Below, one piece after another: positions 1-15,300 of a stretch of 64,000 bases of DNA. The position numbers and the translations under genes are program-made. The DNA lies in contig OZ059894.1 in NCBI GenBank assembly GCA_964057225.1, positions 62,001 through 126,000 of the forward strand, given 5' to 3'. The stretch is from Auanema rhodensis (taxonomy: Eukaryota; Animalia; Nematoda). Numbering within the stretch: the first letter of the stretch is position 1; each line of letters begins with the position of its first letter. The notes under the pieces were generated by a model, which made no database searches, was not told where the DNA came from, and was given only the letters and a program-made list of their open reading frames with translations.

Positions 1-3000
1 GTTACCATGAAGCAATATCAATAAAAATTCGTTTTTAGACTAATATGGACATGGGGAATCTAATTTTGAAAACCGCATCTCTTTATCTTTCACGTGAAGC
101 GAGTTACATACCAAGTGCACATCACGTGTACATTTAATTAGCATAAATTAAAGTTCACGTAAATTTCAAAGTCATGGTTACCATGCACCAATATCAATAA
201 AAATTTGTTTTTAGACTAATATGGACATGGGGAATCTAATTTTGAAAACCGCATCTCTTTATCTTTCACGTGAAGCGAGTTACATACCAAGTGCACATCA
301 CGTGTACATTTAATTAGCATAAATTAAAGTTCACGTAAATTTCAAAGTCATGGTTACCATGAACCAATATCAATCAAAATTTGTTTTTAGACTAATATGG
401 ACATGGGGAATCTAATTTTGAAAACCGCATCTCTTTATCTTTCACGTGAAGCGAGTTACATACCAAGTGCACATCACGTGTACATTTAATTAGCATAAAT
501 TAAAGTTCACGTAAATTTCAAAGTCATGGTTACCATGAACCAATATCAATAAAAATTTGTTTTTAGACTAATATGGACATGGGGAATCTAATTTTCAAAA
601 CCGCATCTCTTTATCTTTCACGTGAAGCGAGTTACATACCAAGTGCACATCACGTGTACATTTAATTAGCATAAATTAAAGTTCACGTAAATTTCAAAGT
701 CATGGTTACCATGCACCAATATCAATAAAAATTTGTTTTTAGACTAATATGGACATGGGGAATCTAATTTTGAAAACCGCATCTCTTTATCTTTCACGTG
801 AAGCGAGTTACATACCAAGTGCACATCACGTGTACATTTAATTAGCATAAATTAAAGTTCACGTAAATTTCAAAGTCATGGTTACCATAAACCAATATCA
901 ATAAAAATTTGTTTTTAGACTAATATGGACATGGGGAATCTAATTTTGAAAACCGCATCTCTTTATCTTTCACGTGAAGCGAGTTACATACCAAGTGCAC
1001 ATCACGTGTACATTTAATTAGCATAAATTAAAGTTCACGTAAATTTCAAAGTCATGGTTACCATGAAGCAATATCAATAAAAATTTGTTTTTAGACTAAT
1101 ATGGACATGGGGAATCTAATTTTGAAAACCGCATCTCTTCATCTTTCACGTGAAGCGAGTTACATACCAAGTGCACATCACGTGTACATTTAATTAGCAT
1201 AAATTAAAGTTCACGTAAATTTCAAAGTCATGGTTACCATGAACCAATATCAAAAAAAATTTGTTTTTAGACTAATATGGACATGGGGAATCTAATTTTG
1301 AAAACCGCATCTCTTTATCTTTCACGTGAAGCGAGTTACATACCAAGTGCACATCACGTGTACATTTAATTAGCATAAATTAAAGTTCACGTAAATTTCA
1401 AAGTCATGGTTACCATGCACCAATATCAATAAAAATTTGTTTTTAGACTAATATGGACATGGGGAATCTAATTTTGAAAACCGCATCTCTTTATCTTTCA
1501 CGTGAAGCGAGTTACATACCAAGTGCACATCACGTGTACATTTAATTAGCATAAATTAAAGTTCACGTAAATTTCAAAGTCATGGTTACCATGAAGCAAT
1601 ATCAATAAAAATTTGTTTTTAGACTAATATGGACATGGGGAATCTAATTTTGAAAACCGCATCTCTTTATCTTTCACGTGAAGCGAGTTACATACCAAGT
1701 GCACATCACGTGTACATTTAATTAGCATAAATTAAAGTTCACGTAAATTTCAAAGTCATGGTTACCATGAACCAATATCAATAAAAATTTGTTTTTAGAC
1801 TAATATGGACATGTGGAATCTAATTTGGAAAACCGCATCTCTTTATCTTTCACGTGAAGCGAGTTACATACCAAGTGCACATCACGTGTACATTTAATTA
1901 GCATAAATTAAAGTTCACGTAAATTTCAAAGTCATGGTTACCATGAACCCATATCAATAAAAATTTGTTTTTAGACTAATATGGACATGGGGAATCTAAT
2001 TTTGAAAACCGCATCTCTTTATCTTTCACGTGAAGCGAGTTACATACCAAGTGCACATCACGTGTACATTTAATTAGCATAAATTAAAGTTCACGTAAAT
2101 TTCAAAGTCATGGTTACCATAAACCAATATCAATAAAAATTTGTTTTTAGACTAATATGGACATGGGGAATCTAATTTTGAAAACCGCATCTCTTTATCT
2201 TTCACGTGAAGCGAGTTACATACCAAGTGCACATCACGTGTACATTTAATTAGCATAAATTAAAGTTCACGTAAATTTCAAAGTCATGGTTACCATGAAG
2301 CAATATCAATAAAAATTTGTTTTTAGACTAATATGGACATGGGGAATCTAATTTTGAAAACCGCATCTCTTTATCTTTCACGTGAAGCGAGTTACATACC
2401 AAGTGCACATCACGTGTACATTTAATTAGCATAAATTAAAGTTCACGTAAATTTCAAAGTCATGGTTACCATGAACCAATATCAATAAAAATTTGTTTTT
2501 AGACTAATATGGACATGTGGAATCTAATTTGGAAAACCGCATCTCTTTATCTTTCACGTGAAGCGAGTTACATACCAAGTGCACATCACGTGTACATTTA
2601 ATTAGCATAAATTAAAGTTCACGTAAATTTCAAAGTCATGGTTACCATGAACCCATATCAATAAAAATTTGTTTTTAGACTAATATGGACATGGGGAATC
2701 TAATTTTGAAAACCGCATCTCTTTATCTTTCACGTGAAGCGAGTTACATACCAAGTGCACATCACGTGTACATTTAATTAGCATAAATTAAAGTTCACGT
2801 AAATTTCAAAGTCATGGTTACCATAAACCAATATCAATAAAAATTTGTTTTTAGACTAATATGGACATGGGGAATCTAATTTTGAAAACCGCATCTCTTT
2901 ATCTTTCACGTGAAGCGAGTTACATACCAAGTGCACATCACGTGTACATTTAATTAGCATAAATTAAAGTTCACGTAAATTTCAAAGTCATGGTTACCAT

Positions 3001-6000
3001 GAAGCAATATCAATAAAAATTTGTTTTTAGACTAATATGGACATGGGGAATCTAATTTTGAAAACCGCATCTCTTTATCTTTCACGTGAAGCGAGTTACA
3101 TACCAAGTGCACATCACGTGTACATTTAATTAGCATAAATTAAAGTTCACGTAAATTTCAAAGTCATGGTTACCATGAACCAATATCAAAAAAAATTTGT
3201 TTTTAGACTAATATGGACATGGGGAATCTAATTTTGAAAACCGCATCTCTTTATCTTTCACGTGAAGCGAGTTACATACCAAGTGCACATCACGTGTACA
3301 TTTAATTAGCATAAATTAAAGTTCACGTAAATTTCAAAGTCATGGTTACCATGCACCAATATCAATAAAAATTTGTTTTTAGACTAATATGGACATGGGG
3401 AATCTAATTTTGAAAACCGCATCTCTTTATCTTTCACGTGAAGCGAGTTACATACCAAGTGCACATCACGTGTACATTTAATTAGCATAAATTAAAGTTC
3501 ACGTAAATTTCAAAGTCATGGTTACCATGAAGCAATATCAATAAAAATTTGTTTTTAGACTAATATGGACATGGGGAATCTAATTTTGAAAACCGCATCT
3601 CTTTATCTTTCACGTGAAGCGAGTTACATACCAAGTGCACATCACGTGTACATTTAATTAGCATAAATTAAAGTTCACGTAAATTTCAAAGTCATGGTTA
3701 CCATGAACCAATATCAATGAAAATTTGTTTTTAGACTAATATGGACATGGGGAATCTAATTTTGAAAACCGCATTTCTTTATCTTTCACGTGAAGCGAGT
3801 TACATACTAAGTGCACATCACGTGTACATTTAATTAGCATAAATTAAAGTTCACGTAAATTTCAAAGTCATGGTTACCATGAACCAATATCAATAAAAAT
3901 TTGTTTTTAGACTAATATGGACATGGGGAATCTAATTTTGGAAACCGCATCTCTTTATCTTTCACGTGAAGCGAGTTACATACCAAGTGCACATCACGTG
4001 TACATTTAATTAGCATAAATTAAAGTTCACGTAAATTTCAAAGTCATGGTTACCATGAACCAATATCAATAAAAATTTGTTTTTAGACTAATATGGACAT
4101 GGGGAATCTAATTTTGAAAACCGCATCTCTTTATCTTTCACGTGAAGCGAGTTACATACCAAGTGCACATCACGTGTACATTTAATTAGCATAAATTAAA
4201 GTTCACGTAAATTTCAAAGTCATGGTTACCATGAACCAATATCAATAAAAATTTGTTTTTAGACTAATATGGACATGGGGAATCTAATTTTGAAAACCGC
4301 ATCTCTTTATCTTTCACGTGAAGCGAGTTACATACCAAGTGCACATCACGTGTACATTTAATTAGCATAAATTAAAGTTCACGTAAATTTCAAAGTCATG
4401 GTTACCATGCACCAATATCAATAAAAATTTGTTTTTAGACTAATATGGACATGGGGAATCTAATTTTGAAAACCGCATCTCTTTATCTTTCACGTGAAGC
4501 GAGTTACATACCAAGTGCACATCACGTGTACATTTAATTAGCATAAATTAAAGTTCACGTAAATTTCAAAGTCATGGTTACCATAAACCAATATCAATAA
4601 AAATTTGTTTTTAGACTAATATGGACATGGGGAATCTAATTTTGAAAACCGCATCTCTTTATCTTTCACGTGAAGCGAGTTACATACCAAGTGCACATCA
4701 CGTGTACATTTAATTAGCATAAATTAAAGTTCACGTAAATTTCAAAGTCATGGTTACCATGAAGCAATATCAATAAAAATTTGTTTTTAGACTAATATGG
4801 ACATGGGGAATCTAATTTTGAAAACCGCATCTCTTTATCTTTCACGTGAAGCGAGTTACATACCAAGTGCACATCACGTGTACATTTAATTAGCATAAAT
4901 TAAAGTTCACGTAAATTTCAAAGTCATGGTTACCATGAACCAATATCAATAAAAATTTGTTTTTAGACTAATATGGACATGGGGAATCTAATTTTGAAAA
5001 CCGCATCTCTTTATCTTTCACGTGAAGCGAGTTACATACCAAGTGCACATCACGTGTACATTTAATTAGCATAAATTAAAGTTCACGTAAATTTCAAAGT
5101 CATGGTTACCATGAACCAATATCAATAAAAATTTGTTTTTAGACTAATATGGACATGGGGAATCTAATTTTGAAAACCGCATTTCTTTATCTTTCACGTG
5201 AAGCGAGTTACATACTAAGTGCACATCACGTGTACATTTAATTAGCATAAATTAAAGTTCACGTAAATTTCAAAGTCATGGTTACCATGAAGCAATATCA
5301 ATAAAAATTTGTTTTTAGACTAATATGGACATGGGGAATCTAATTTTGAAAACCGCATCTCTTTATCTTTCACGTGAAGCGAGTTACATACCAAGTGCAC
5401 ATCACGTGTACATTTAATTAGCATAAATTAAAGTTCACGTAAATTTCAAAGTCATGGTTACCATGAACCAATATCAATAAAAATTTGTTTTTAGACTAAT
5501 ATGGACATGGGGAATCTAATTTTGAAAACCGCATTTCTTTATCTTTCACGTGAAGCGAGTTACATACTAAGTGCACATCACGTGTACATTTAATTAGCAT
5601 AAATTAAAGTTCACGTAAATTTCAAAGTCATGGTTACCATGAAGCAATATCAATAAAAATTTGTTTTTAGACTAATATGGACATGGGGAATCTAATTTTG
5701 AAAACCGCATCTCTTTATCTTTCACGTGAAGCGAGTTACATACCAAGTGCACATCACGTGTACATTTAATTAGCATAAATTAAAGTTCACGTAAATTTCA
5801 AAGTCATGGTTACCATGAACCAATATCAATAAAAATTTGTTTTTAGACTAATATGGACATGCGGAATCTAATTTTGAAAACCGCATCTCTTTATCTTTCA
5901 CGTGAAGCGAGTTACATACCAAGTGCACATCACGTGTACATTTAATTAGCATAAATTAAAGTTCACGTAAATTTCAAAGTCATGGTTACCATGAAGCAAT

Positions 6001-9000
6001 ATCAATAAAAATTTGTTTTTAGACTAATATGGACATGGGGAATCTAATTTTGAAAACCGCATCTCTTTATCTTTCACGTGAAGCGAGTTACATACCAAGT
6101 GCACATCACGTGTACATTTAATTAGCATAAATTAAAGTTCACGTAAATTTCAAAGTCATGGTTACCATGCACCAATATCAATAAAAAGTTGTTTTTAGAC
6201 TAATATGGACATGGGGAATCTAATTTTGAAAACCGCATCTCTTTATCTTTCACGTGAAGCGAGTTACATACCAAGTGCACATCACGTGTACATTTAATTA
6301 GCATAAATTAAAGTTCACGTAAATTTCAAAGTCATGGTTACCATGCACCAATATCAATAAAAATTTGTTTTTAGACTAATATGGACATGGGGAATCTAAT
6401 TTTGAAAACCGCATCTCTTTATCTTTCACGTGAAGCGAGTTACATACCAAGTGCACATCACGTGTACATTTAATTAGCATAAATTAAAGTTCACGTAAAT
6501 TTCAAAGTCATGGTTACCATAAACCAATATCAATAAAAATTTGTTTTTAGACTAATATGGACATGGGGAATCTAATTTTGAAAACCGCATCTCTTTATCT
6601 TTCACGTGAAGCGAGTTACATACCAAGTGCACATCACGTGTACATTTAATTAGCATAAATTAAAGTTCACGTAAATTTCAAAGTCATGGTTACCATGAAG
6701 GAATATCAATAAAAATTTGTTTTTAGACTAATATGGACATGGGGAATCTAATTTTGAAAACCGCATCTCTTTATCTTTCACGTGAAGCGAGTTACATACC
6801 AAGTGCACATCACGTGTACATTTAATTAGCATAAATTAAAGTTCACGTAAATTTCAAAGTCATGGTTACCATGAACCAATATCAATAAAAATTTGTTTTT
6901 AGACTAATATGGACATGGGGAATCTAATTTTGAAAACCGCATCTCTTTATCTTTCACGTGAAGCGAGTTACATACCAAGTGCACATCACGTGTACATTTA
7001 ATTAGCATAAATTAAAGTTCACGTAAATTTCAAAGTCATGGTTACCATGAAGGAATATCAATAAAAATTTGTTTTTAGACTAATATGGACATGGGGAATC
7101 TAATTTTGAAAACCGCATCTCTTTATCTTTCACGTGAAGCGAGTTACATACCAAGTGCACATCACGTGTACATTTAATTAGCATAAATTAAAGTTCACGT
7201 AAATTTCAAAGTCATGGTTACCATGAACCAATATCAATAAAAATTTGTTTTTAGACTAATATGGACATGCGGAATCTAATTTTGAAAACCGCATCTCTTT
7301 ATCTTTCACGTGAAGCGAGTTACATACCAAGTGCACATCACGTGTACATTTAATTAGCATAAATTAAAGTTCACGTAAATTTCAAAGTCATGGTTACCAT
7401 GAACCAATATCAATAAAAATTTGTTTTTAGACTAATATGGACATGGGGAATCTAATTTTGGAAACCGCATTTCTTTATCTTTCACGTGAAGCGAGTTACA
7501 TACCAAGTGCACATCACGTGTACATTTAATTAGCATAAATTAAAGTTCACGTAAATTTCAAAGTCATGGTTACCATGAAGCAATATCAATAAAAATTTGT
7601 TTTTAGACTAATATGGACATGGGGAATCTAATTTTGAAAACCGCATCTCTTCATCTTTTACGTGAAGCGAGTTACATACCAAGTGCACATCACGTGTACA
7701 TTTAATTAGCATAAATTAAAGTTCACGTAAAATTCAAAGTCATGGTTACCATGCACCAATATCAATAAAAATTTGTTTTTAGACTAATATGGACATGGGG
7801 AATCTAATTTTGAAAACCGCATCTCTTTATCTTTTACGTGAAGCGAGTTACATACCAAGTGCACATCACGTGTACATTTAATTAGCATAAATTAAAGTTC
7901 ACGTAAATTTCAAAGTCATGGTTACCATGAAGCAATATCAATAACAATTCGTTTTTAGACTAATATGGACATGGGGAATCTAATTTTGAAAACCGCATCT
8001 CTTTATCTTTCACGTGAAGCGAGTTACATACCAAGTGCACATCACGTGTACATTTAATTAGCATAAATTAAAGTTCACGTAAATTTCAAAGTCATGGTTA
8101 CCATGCACCAATATCAATAAAAAGTTGTTTTTAGACTAATATGGACATGGGGAATCTAATTTTGAAAACCGCATCTCTTTATCTTTCACGTGAAGCGAGT
8201 TACATACCAAGTGCACATCACGTGTACATTTAATTAGCATAAATTAAAGTTCACGTAAATTTCAAAGTCATGGTTACCATGCACCAATATCAATAAAAAT
8301 TTGTTTTTAGACTAATATGGACATGGGGAATCTAATTTTGAAAACCGCATCTCTTTATCTTTCACGTGAAGCGAGTTACATACCAAGTGCACATCACGTG
8401 TACATTTAATTAGCATAAATTAAAGTTCACGTAAATTTCAAAGTCATGGTTACCATAAACCAATATCAATAAAAATTTGTTTTTAGACTAATATGGACAT
8501 GGGGAATCTAATTTTGAAAACCGCATCTCTTTATCTTTCACGTGAAGCGAGTTACATACCAAGTGCACATCACGTGTACATTTAATTAGCATAAATTAAA
8601 GTTCACGTAAATTTCAAAGTCATGGTTACCATGAAGGAATATCAATAAAAATTTGTTTTTAGACTAATATGGACATGGGGAATCTAATTTTGAAAACCGC
8701 ATCTCTTTATCTTTCACGTGAAGCGAGTTACATACCAAGTGCACATCACGTGTACATTTAATTAGCATAAATTAAAGTTCACGTAAATTTCAAAGTCATG
8801 GTTACCATGAACCAATATCAATAAAAATTTGTTTTTAGACTAATATGGACATGGGGAATCTAATTTTGAAAACCGCATCTCTTTATCTTTCACGTGAAGC
8901 GAGTTACATACCAAGTGCACATCACGTGTACATTTAATTAGCATAAATTAAAGTTCACGTAAATTTCAAAGTCATGGTTACCATGCACCAATATCAATAA

Positions 9001-12000
9001 AAATTTGTTTTTAGACTAATATGGACATGGGGAATCTAATTTTGAAAACCGCATCTCTTTATCTTTCACGTGAAGCGAGTTACATACCAAGTGCACATCA
9101 CGTGTACATTTAATTAGCATAAATTAAAGTTCACGTAAATTTCAAAGTCATGGTTACCATGAAGCAATATCAATAAAAATTTGTTTTTAGACTAATATGG
9201 ACATGGGGAATCTAATTTTAAAAACCGCATCTCTTTATCTTTCACGTGAAGCGAGTTACATACCAAGTGCACATCACGTGTACATTTAATTAGCATAAAT
9301 TAAAGTTCACGTAAATTTCAAAGTCATGGTTACCATGAACCAATATCAAAAAAAATTTGTTTTTAGACTAATATGGACATGGGGAATCTAATTTTGAAAA
9401 CCGCATCTCTTTATCTTTCACGTGAAGCGAGTTACATACCAAGTGCACATCACGTGTACATTTAATTAGCATAAATTAAAGTTCACGTAAATTTCAAAGT
9501 CATGGTTACCATGCACCAATATCAATAAAAATTTGTTTTTAGACTAATATGGACATGGGGAATCTAATTTTGAAAACCGCATCTCTTTATCTTTCACGTG
9601 AAGCGAGTTACATACCAAGTGCACATCACGTGTACATTTAATTAGCATAAATTAAAGTTCACGTAAATTTCAAAGTCATGGTTACCATGAAGCAATATCA
9701 ATAAAAATTTGTTTTTAGACTAATATGGACATGGGGAATCTAATTTTGAAAACCGCATCTCTTTATCTTTCACGTGAAGCGAGTTACATACCAAGTGCAC
9801 ATCACGTGTACATTTAATTAGCATAAATTAAAGTTCACGTAAATTTCAAAGTCATGGTTACCATGAACCAATATCAATAAAAATTTGTTTTTAGACTAAT
9901 ATGGACATGGGGAATCTAATTTTGAAAACCGCATTTCTTTATCTTTCACGTGAAGCGAGTTACATACTAAGTGCACATCACGTGTACATTTAATTAGCAT
10001 AAATTAAAGTTCACGTAAATTTCAAAGTCATGGTTACCATGAAGCAATATCAATAAAAATTTGTTTTTAGACTAATATGGACATGGGGAATCTAATTTTG
10101 AAAACCGCATCTCTTTATCTTTCACGTGAAGCGAGTTACATACCAAGTGCACATCACGTGTACATTTAATTAGCATAAATTAAAGTTCACGTAAATTTCA
10201 AAGTCATGGTTACCATGAACCAATATCAATAAAAATTTGTTTTTAGACTAATATGGACATGCGGAATCTAATTTTGAAAACCGCATCTCTTTATCTTTCA
10301 CGTGAAGCGAGTTACATACCAAGTGCACATCACGTGTACATTTAATTAGCATAAATTAAAGTTCACGTAAATTTCAAAGTCATGGTTACCATGAACCAAT
10401 ATCAATAAAAATTTGTTTTTAGACTAATATGGACATGGGGAATCTAATTTTGGAAACCGCATTTCTTTATCTTTCACGTGAAGCGAGTTACATACCAAGT
10501 GCACATCACGTGTACATTTAATTAGCATAAATTAAAGTTCACGTAAATTTCAAAGTCATGGTTACCATGAAGCAATATCAATAAAAATTTGTTTTTAGAC
10601 TAATATGGACATGGGGAATCTAATTTTGAAAACCGCATCTCTTCATCTTTTACGTGAAGCGAGTTACATACCAAGTGCACATCACGTGTACATTTAATTA
10701 GCATAAATTAAAGTTCACGTAAAATTCAAAGTCATGGTTACCATGCACCAATATCAATAAAAATTTGTTTTTAGACTAATATGGACATGGGGAATCTAAT
10801 TTTGAAAACCGCATCTCTTTATCTTTTACGTGAAGCGAGTTACATACCAAGTGCACATCACGTGTACATTTAATTAGCATAAATTAAAGTTCACGTAAAT
10901 TTCAAAGTCATGGTTACCATGAAGCAATATCAATAACAATTCGTTTTTAGACTAATATGGACATGGGGAATCTAATTTTGAAAACCGCATCTCTTTATCT
11001 TTCACGTGAAGCGAGTTACATACCAAGTGCACATCACGTGTACATTTAATTAGCATAAATTAAAGTTCACGTAAATTTCAAAGTCATGGTTACCATGCAC
11101 CAATATCAATAAAAAGTTGTTTTTAGACTAATATGGACATGGGGAATCTAATTTTGAAAACCGCATCTCTTTATCTTTCACGTGAAGCGAGTTACATACC
11201 AAGTGCACATCACGTGTACATTTAATTAGCATAAATTAAAGTTCACGTAAATTTCAAAGTCATGGTTACCATGCACCAATATCAATAAAAATTTGTTTTT
11301 AGACTAATATGGACATGGGGAATCTAATTTTGAAAACCGCATCTCTTTATCTTTCACGTGAAGCGAGTTACATACCAAGTGCACATCACGTGTACATTTA
11401 ATTAGCATAAATTAAAGTTCACGTAAATTTCAAAGTCATGGTTACCATAAACCAATATCAATAAAAATTTGTTTTTAGACTAATATGGACATGGGGAATC
11501 TAATTTTGAAAACCGCATCTCTTTATCTTTCACGTGAAGCGAGTTACATACCAAGTGCACATCACGTGTACATTTAATTAGCATAAATTAAAGTTCACGT
11601 AAATTTCAAAGTCATGGTTACCATGAAGGAATATCAATAAAAATTTGTTTTTAGACTAATATGGACATGGGGAATCTAATTTTGAAAACCGCATCTCTTT
11701 ATCTTTCACGTGAAGCGAGTTACATACCAAGTGCACATCACGTGTACATTTAATTAGCATAAATTAAAGTTCACGTAAATTTCAAAGTCATGGTTACCAT
11801 GAACCAATATCAATAAAAATTTGTTTTTAGACTAATATGGACATGGGGAATCTAATTTTGAAAACCGCATCTCTTTATCTTTCACGTGAAGCGAGTTACA
11901 TACCAAGTGCACATCACGTGTACATTTAATTAGCATAAATTAAAGTTCACGTAAATTTCAAAGTCATGGTTACCATGCACCAATATCAATAAAAATTTGT

Positions 12001-12320
12001 TTTTAGACTAATATGGACATGGGGAATCTAATTTTGAAAACCGCATCTCTTTATCTTTCACGTGAAGCGAGTTACATACCAAGTGCACATCACGTGTACA
12101 TTTAATTAGCATAAATTAAAGTTCACGTAAATTTCAAAGTCATGGTTACCATGAAGCAATATCAATAAAAATTCGTTTTTAGACTAATATGGACATGGGG
12201 AATCTAATTTTGAAAACCGCATCTCTTTATCTTTCACGTGAAGCGAGTTACATACCAAGTGCACATCACGTGTACATTTAATTAGCATAAATTAAAGTTC
12301 ACGTAAATTTCAAAGTCATG

Positions 12321-15300
12321 GTTACCATGAAGCAATATCAATAAAAATTTGTTTTTAGACTAATATGGACATGGGGAATCTAATTTTGAAAACCGCATCT
12401 CTTTATCTTTCACGTGAAGCGAGTTACATACCAAGTGCACATCACGTGTACATTTAATTAGCATAAATTAAAGTTCACGTAAATTTCAAAGTCATGGTTA
12501 CCATGAACCAATATCAATCAAAATTTGTTTTTAGACTAATATGGACATGGGGAATCTAATTTTGAAAACCGCATCTCTTTATCTTTCACGTGAAGCGAGT
12601 TACATACCAAGTGCACATCACGTGTACATTTAATTAGCATAAATTAAAGTTCACGTAAATTTCAAAGTCATGGTTACCATGAAGCAATATCAATAAAAAT
12701 TTGTTTTTAGACTAATATGGACATGGGGAATCTAATTTTGAAAACCGCATCTCTTTATCTTTCACGTGAAGCGAGTTACATACCAAGTGCACATCACGTG
12801 TACATTTAATTAGCATAAATTAAAGTTCACGTAAATTTCAAAGTCATGGTTACCATGAACCAATATCAATCAAAATTTGTTTTTAGACTAATATGGACAT
12901 GGGGAATCTAATTTTGAAAACCGCATCTCTTTATCTTTCACGTGAAGCGAGTTACATACCAAGTGCACATCACGTGTACATTTAATTAGCATAAATTAAA
13001 GTTCACGTAAATTTCAAAGTCATGGTTACCATGAAGCAATATCAATAAAAATTTGTTTTTAGACTAATATGGACATGGGGAATCTAATTTTGAAAACCGC
13101 ATCTCTTTATCTTTCACGTGAAGCGAGTTACATACCAAGTGCACATCACGTGTACATTTAATTAGCATGAATTGAAGTTCACGTAAATTTCAAAGTCATG
13201 GTTACCATGCACCAATATCAATAAAAATTTGTTTTTAGACTAATATGGACATGGGGAATCTAATTTTGAAAACCGCATCTCTTTATCTTTCACGTGAAGC
13301 GAGTTACATACCAAGTGCACATCACGTGTACATTTAATTAGCATAAATTAAAGTTCACGTAAATTTCAAAGTCATGGTTACCATGCACCAATATCAATAA
13401 AAATTTGTTTTTAGACTAATATGGACATGGGGAATCTAATTTTGAAAACCGCATCTCTTTATCTTTCACGTGAGGCGAGTTACATACCAAGTGCACATCA
13501 CGTGTACATTTAATTAGCATAAATTAAAGTTCACGTAAATTTCAAAGTCATGGTTACCATGCACCAATATCAATAAAAATTTGTTTTTAGACTAATATGG
13601 ACATGGGGAATCTAATTTTGAAAACCGCATCTCTTTATCTTTCACGTGAAGCGAGTTACATACCAAGTGCACATCACGTGTACATTTAATTAGCATAAAT
13701 TAAAGTTCACGTAAATTTCAAAGTCATGGTTACCATAAACCAATATCAATAAAAATTTGTTTTTAGACTAATATGGACATGGGGAATCTAATTTTGAAAA
13801 CCGCATCTCTTTATCTTTCACGTGAAGCGAGTTACATACCAAGTGCACATCACGTGTACATTTAATTAGCATAAATTAAAGTTCACGTAAATTTCAAAGT
13901 CATGGTTACCATGAAGCAATATCAATAAAAATTTGTTTTTAGACTAATATGGACATGGGGAATCTAATTTTGAAAACCGCATCTCTTTATCTTTCACGTG
14001 AAGCGAGTTACATACCAAGTGCACATCACGTGTACATTTAATTAGCATAAATTAAAGTTCACGTAAATTTCAAAGTCATGGTTACCATGAACCAATATCA
14101 ATAAAAATTTGTTTTTAGACTAATATGGACATGGGGAATCTAATTTTGAAAACCGCATCTCTTTATCTTTCACGTGAAGCGAGTTACATACCAAGTGCAC
14201 ATCACGTGTACATTTAATTAGCATAAATTAAAGTTCACGTAAATTTCAAAGTCATGGTTACCATGCACCAATATCAATAAAAATTTGTTTTTAGACTAAT
14301 ATGGACATGGGGAATCTAATTTTGAAAACCGCATCTCTTTATCTTTCACGTGAAGCGAGTTACATACCAAGTGCACATCACGTGTACATTTAATTAGCAT
14401 AAATTAAAGTTCACGTAAATTTCAAAGTCATGGTTACCATGAACCAATATCAATAAAAATTTGTTTTTAGACTAATATGGACATGGGGAATCTAATTTTG
14501 AAAACCGCATCTCTTTATCTTTCACGTGAAGCGAGTTACATACCAAGTGCACATCACGTGTACATTTAATTAGCATAAATTAAAGTTCACGTAAATTTCA
14601 AAGTCATGGTTACCATGAACCAATATCAATAAAAATTTGTTTTTAGACTAATATGGACATGGGGAATCTAATTTTGAAAACCGCATCTCTTTATCTTTCA
14701 CGTGAAGCGAGTTACATACCAAGTGCACATCACGTGTACATTTAATTAGCATAAATTAAAGTTCACGTAAATTTCAAAGTCATGGTTACCATGAAGCAAT
14801 ATCAATAAAAATTTGTTTTTAGACTAATATGGACATGGGGAATCTAATTTTGAAAACCGCATCTCTTTATCTTTCACGTGAAGCGAGTTACATACCAAGT
14901 GCACATCACGTGTACATTTAATTAGCATAAATTAAAGTTCACGTAAATTTCAAAGTCATGGTTACCATGAACCAATATCAATCAAAATTTGTTTTTAGAC
15001 TAATATGGACATGGGGAATCTAATTTTGAAAACCGCATCTCTTTATCTTTCACGTGAAGCGAGTTACATACCAAGTGCACATCACGTGTACATTTAATTA
15101 GCATAAATTAAAGTTCACGTAAATTTCAAAGTCATGGTTACCATGAAGCAATATCAATAAAAATTTGTTTTTAGACTATTATGGACATGGGGAATCTAAT
15201 TTTGAAAACCGCATCTCTTTATCTTTCACGTGAAGCGAGTTACATACCAAGTGCACATCACGTGTACATTTAATTAGCATAAATTAAAGTTCACGTAAAT

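Noticed and set aside
1-14. RFX X-box (GTTRCCATGGYAAC)
   Set aside because: Only GTTACCATG matches; the second half-site is absent.
1-176. Assignment to a named satellite or species (alpha satellite, CEN178/180)
   Set aside because: The length is similar but I recognise no sequence identity; a database search is needed.
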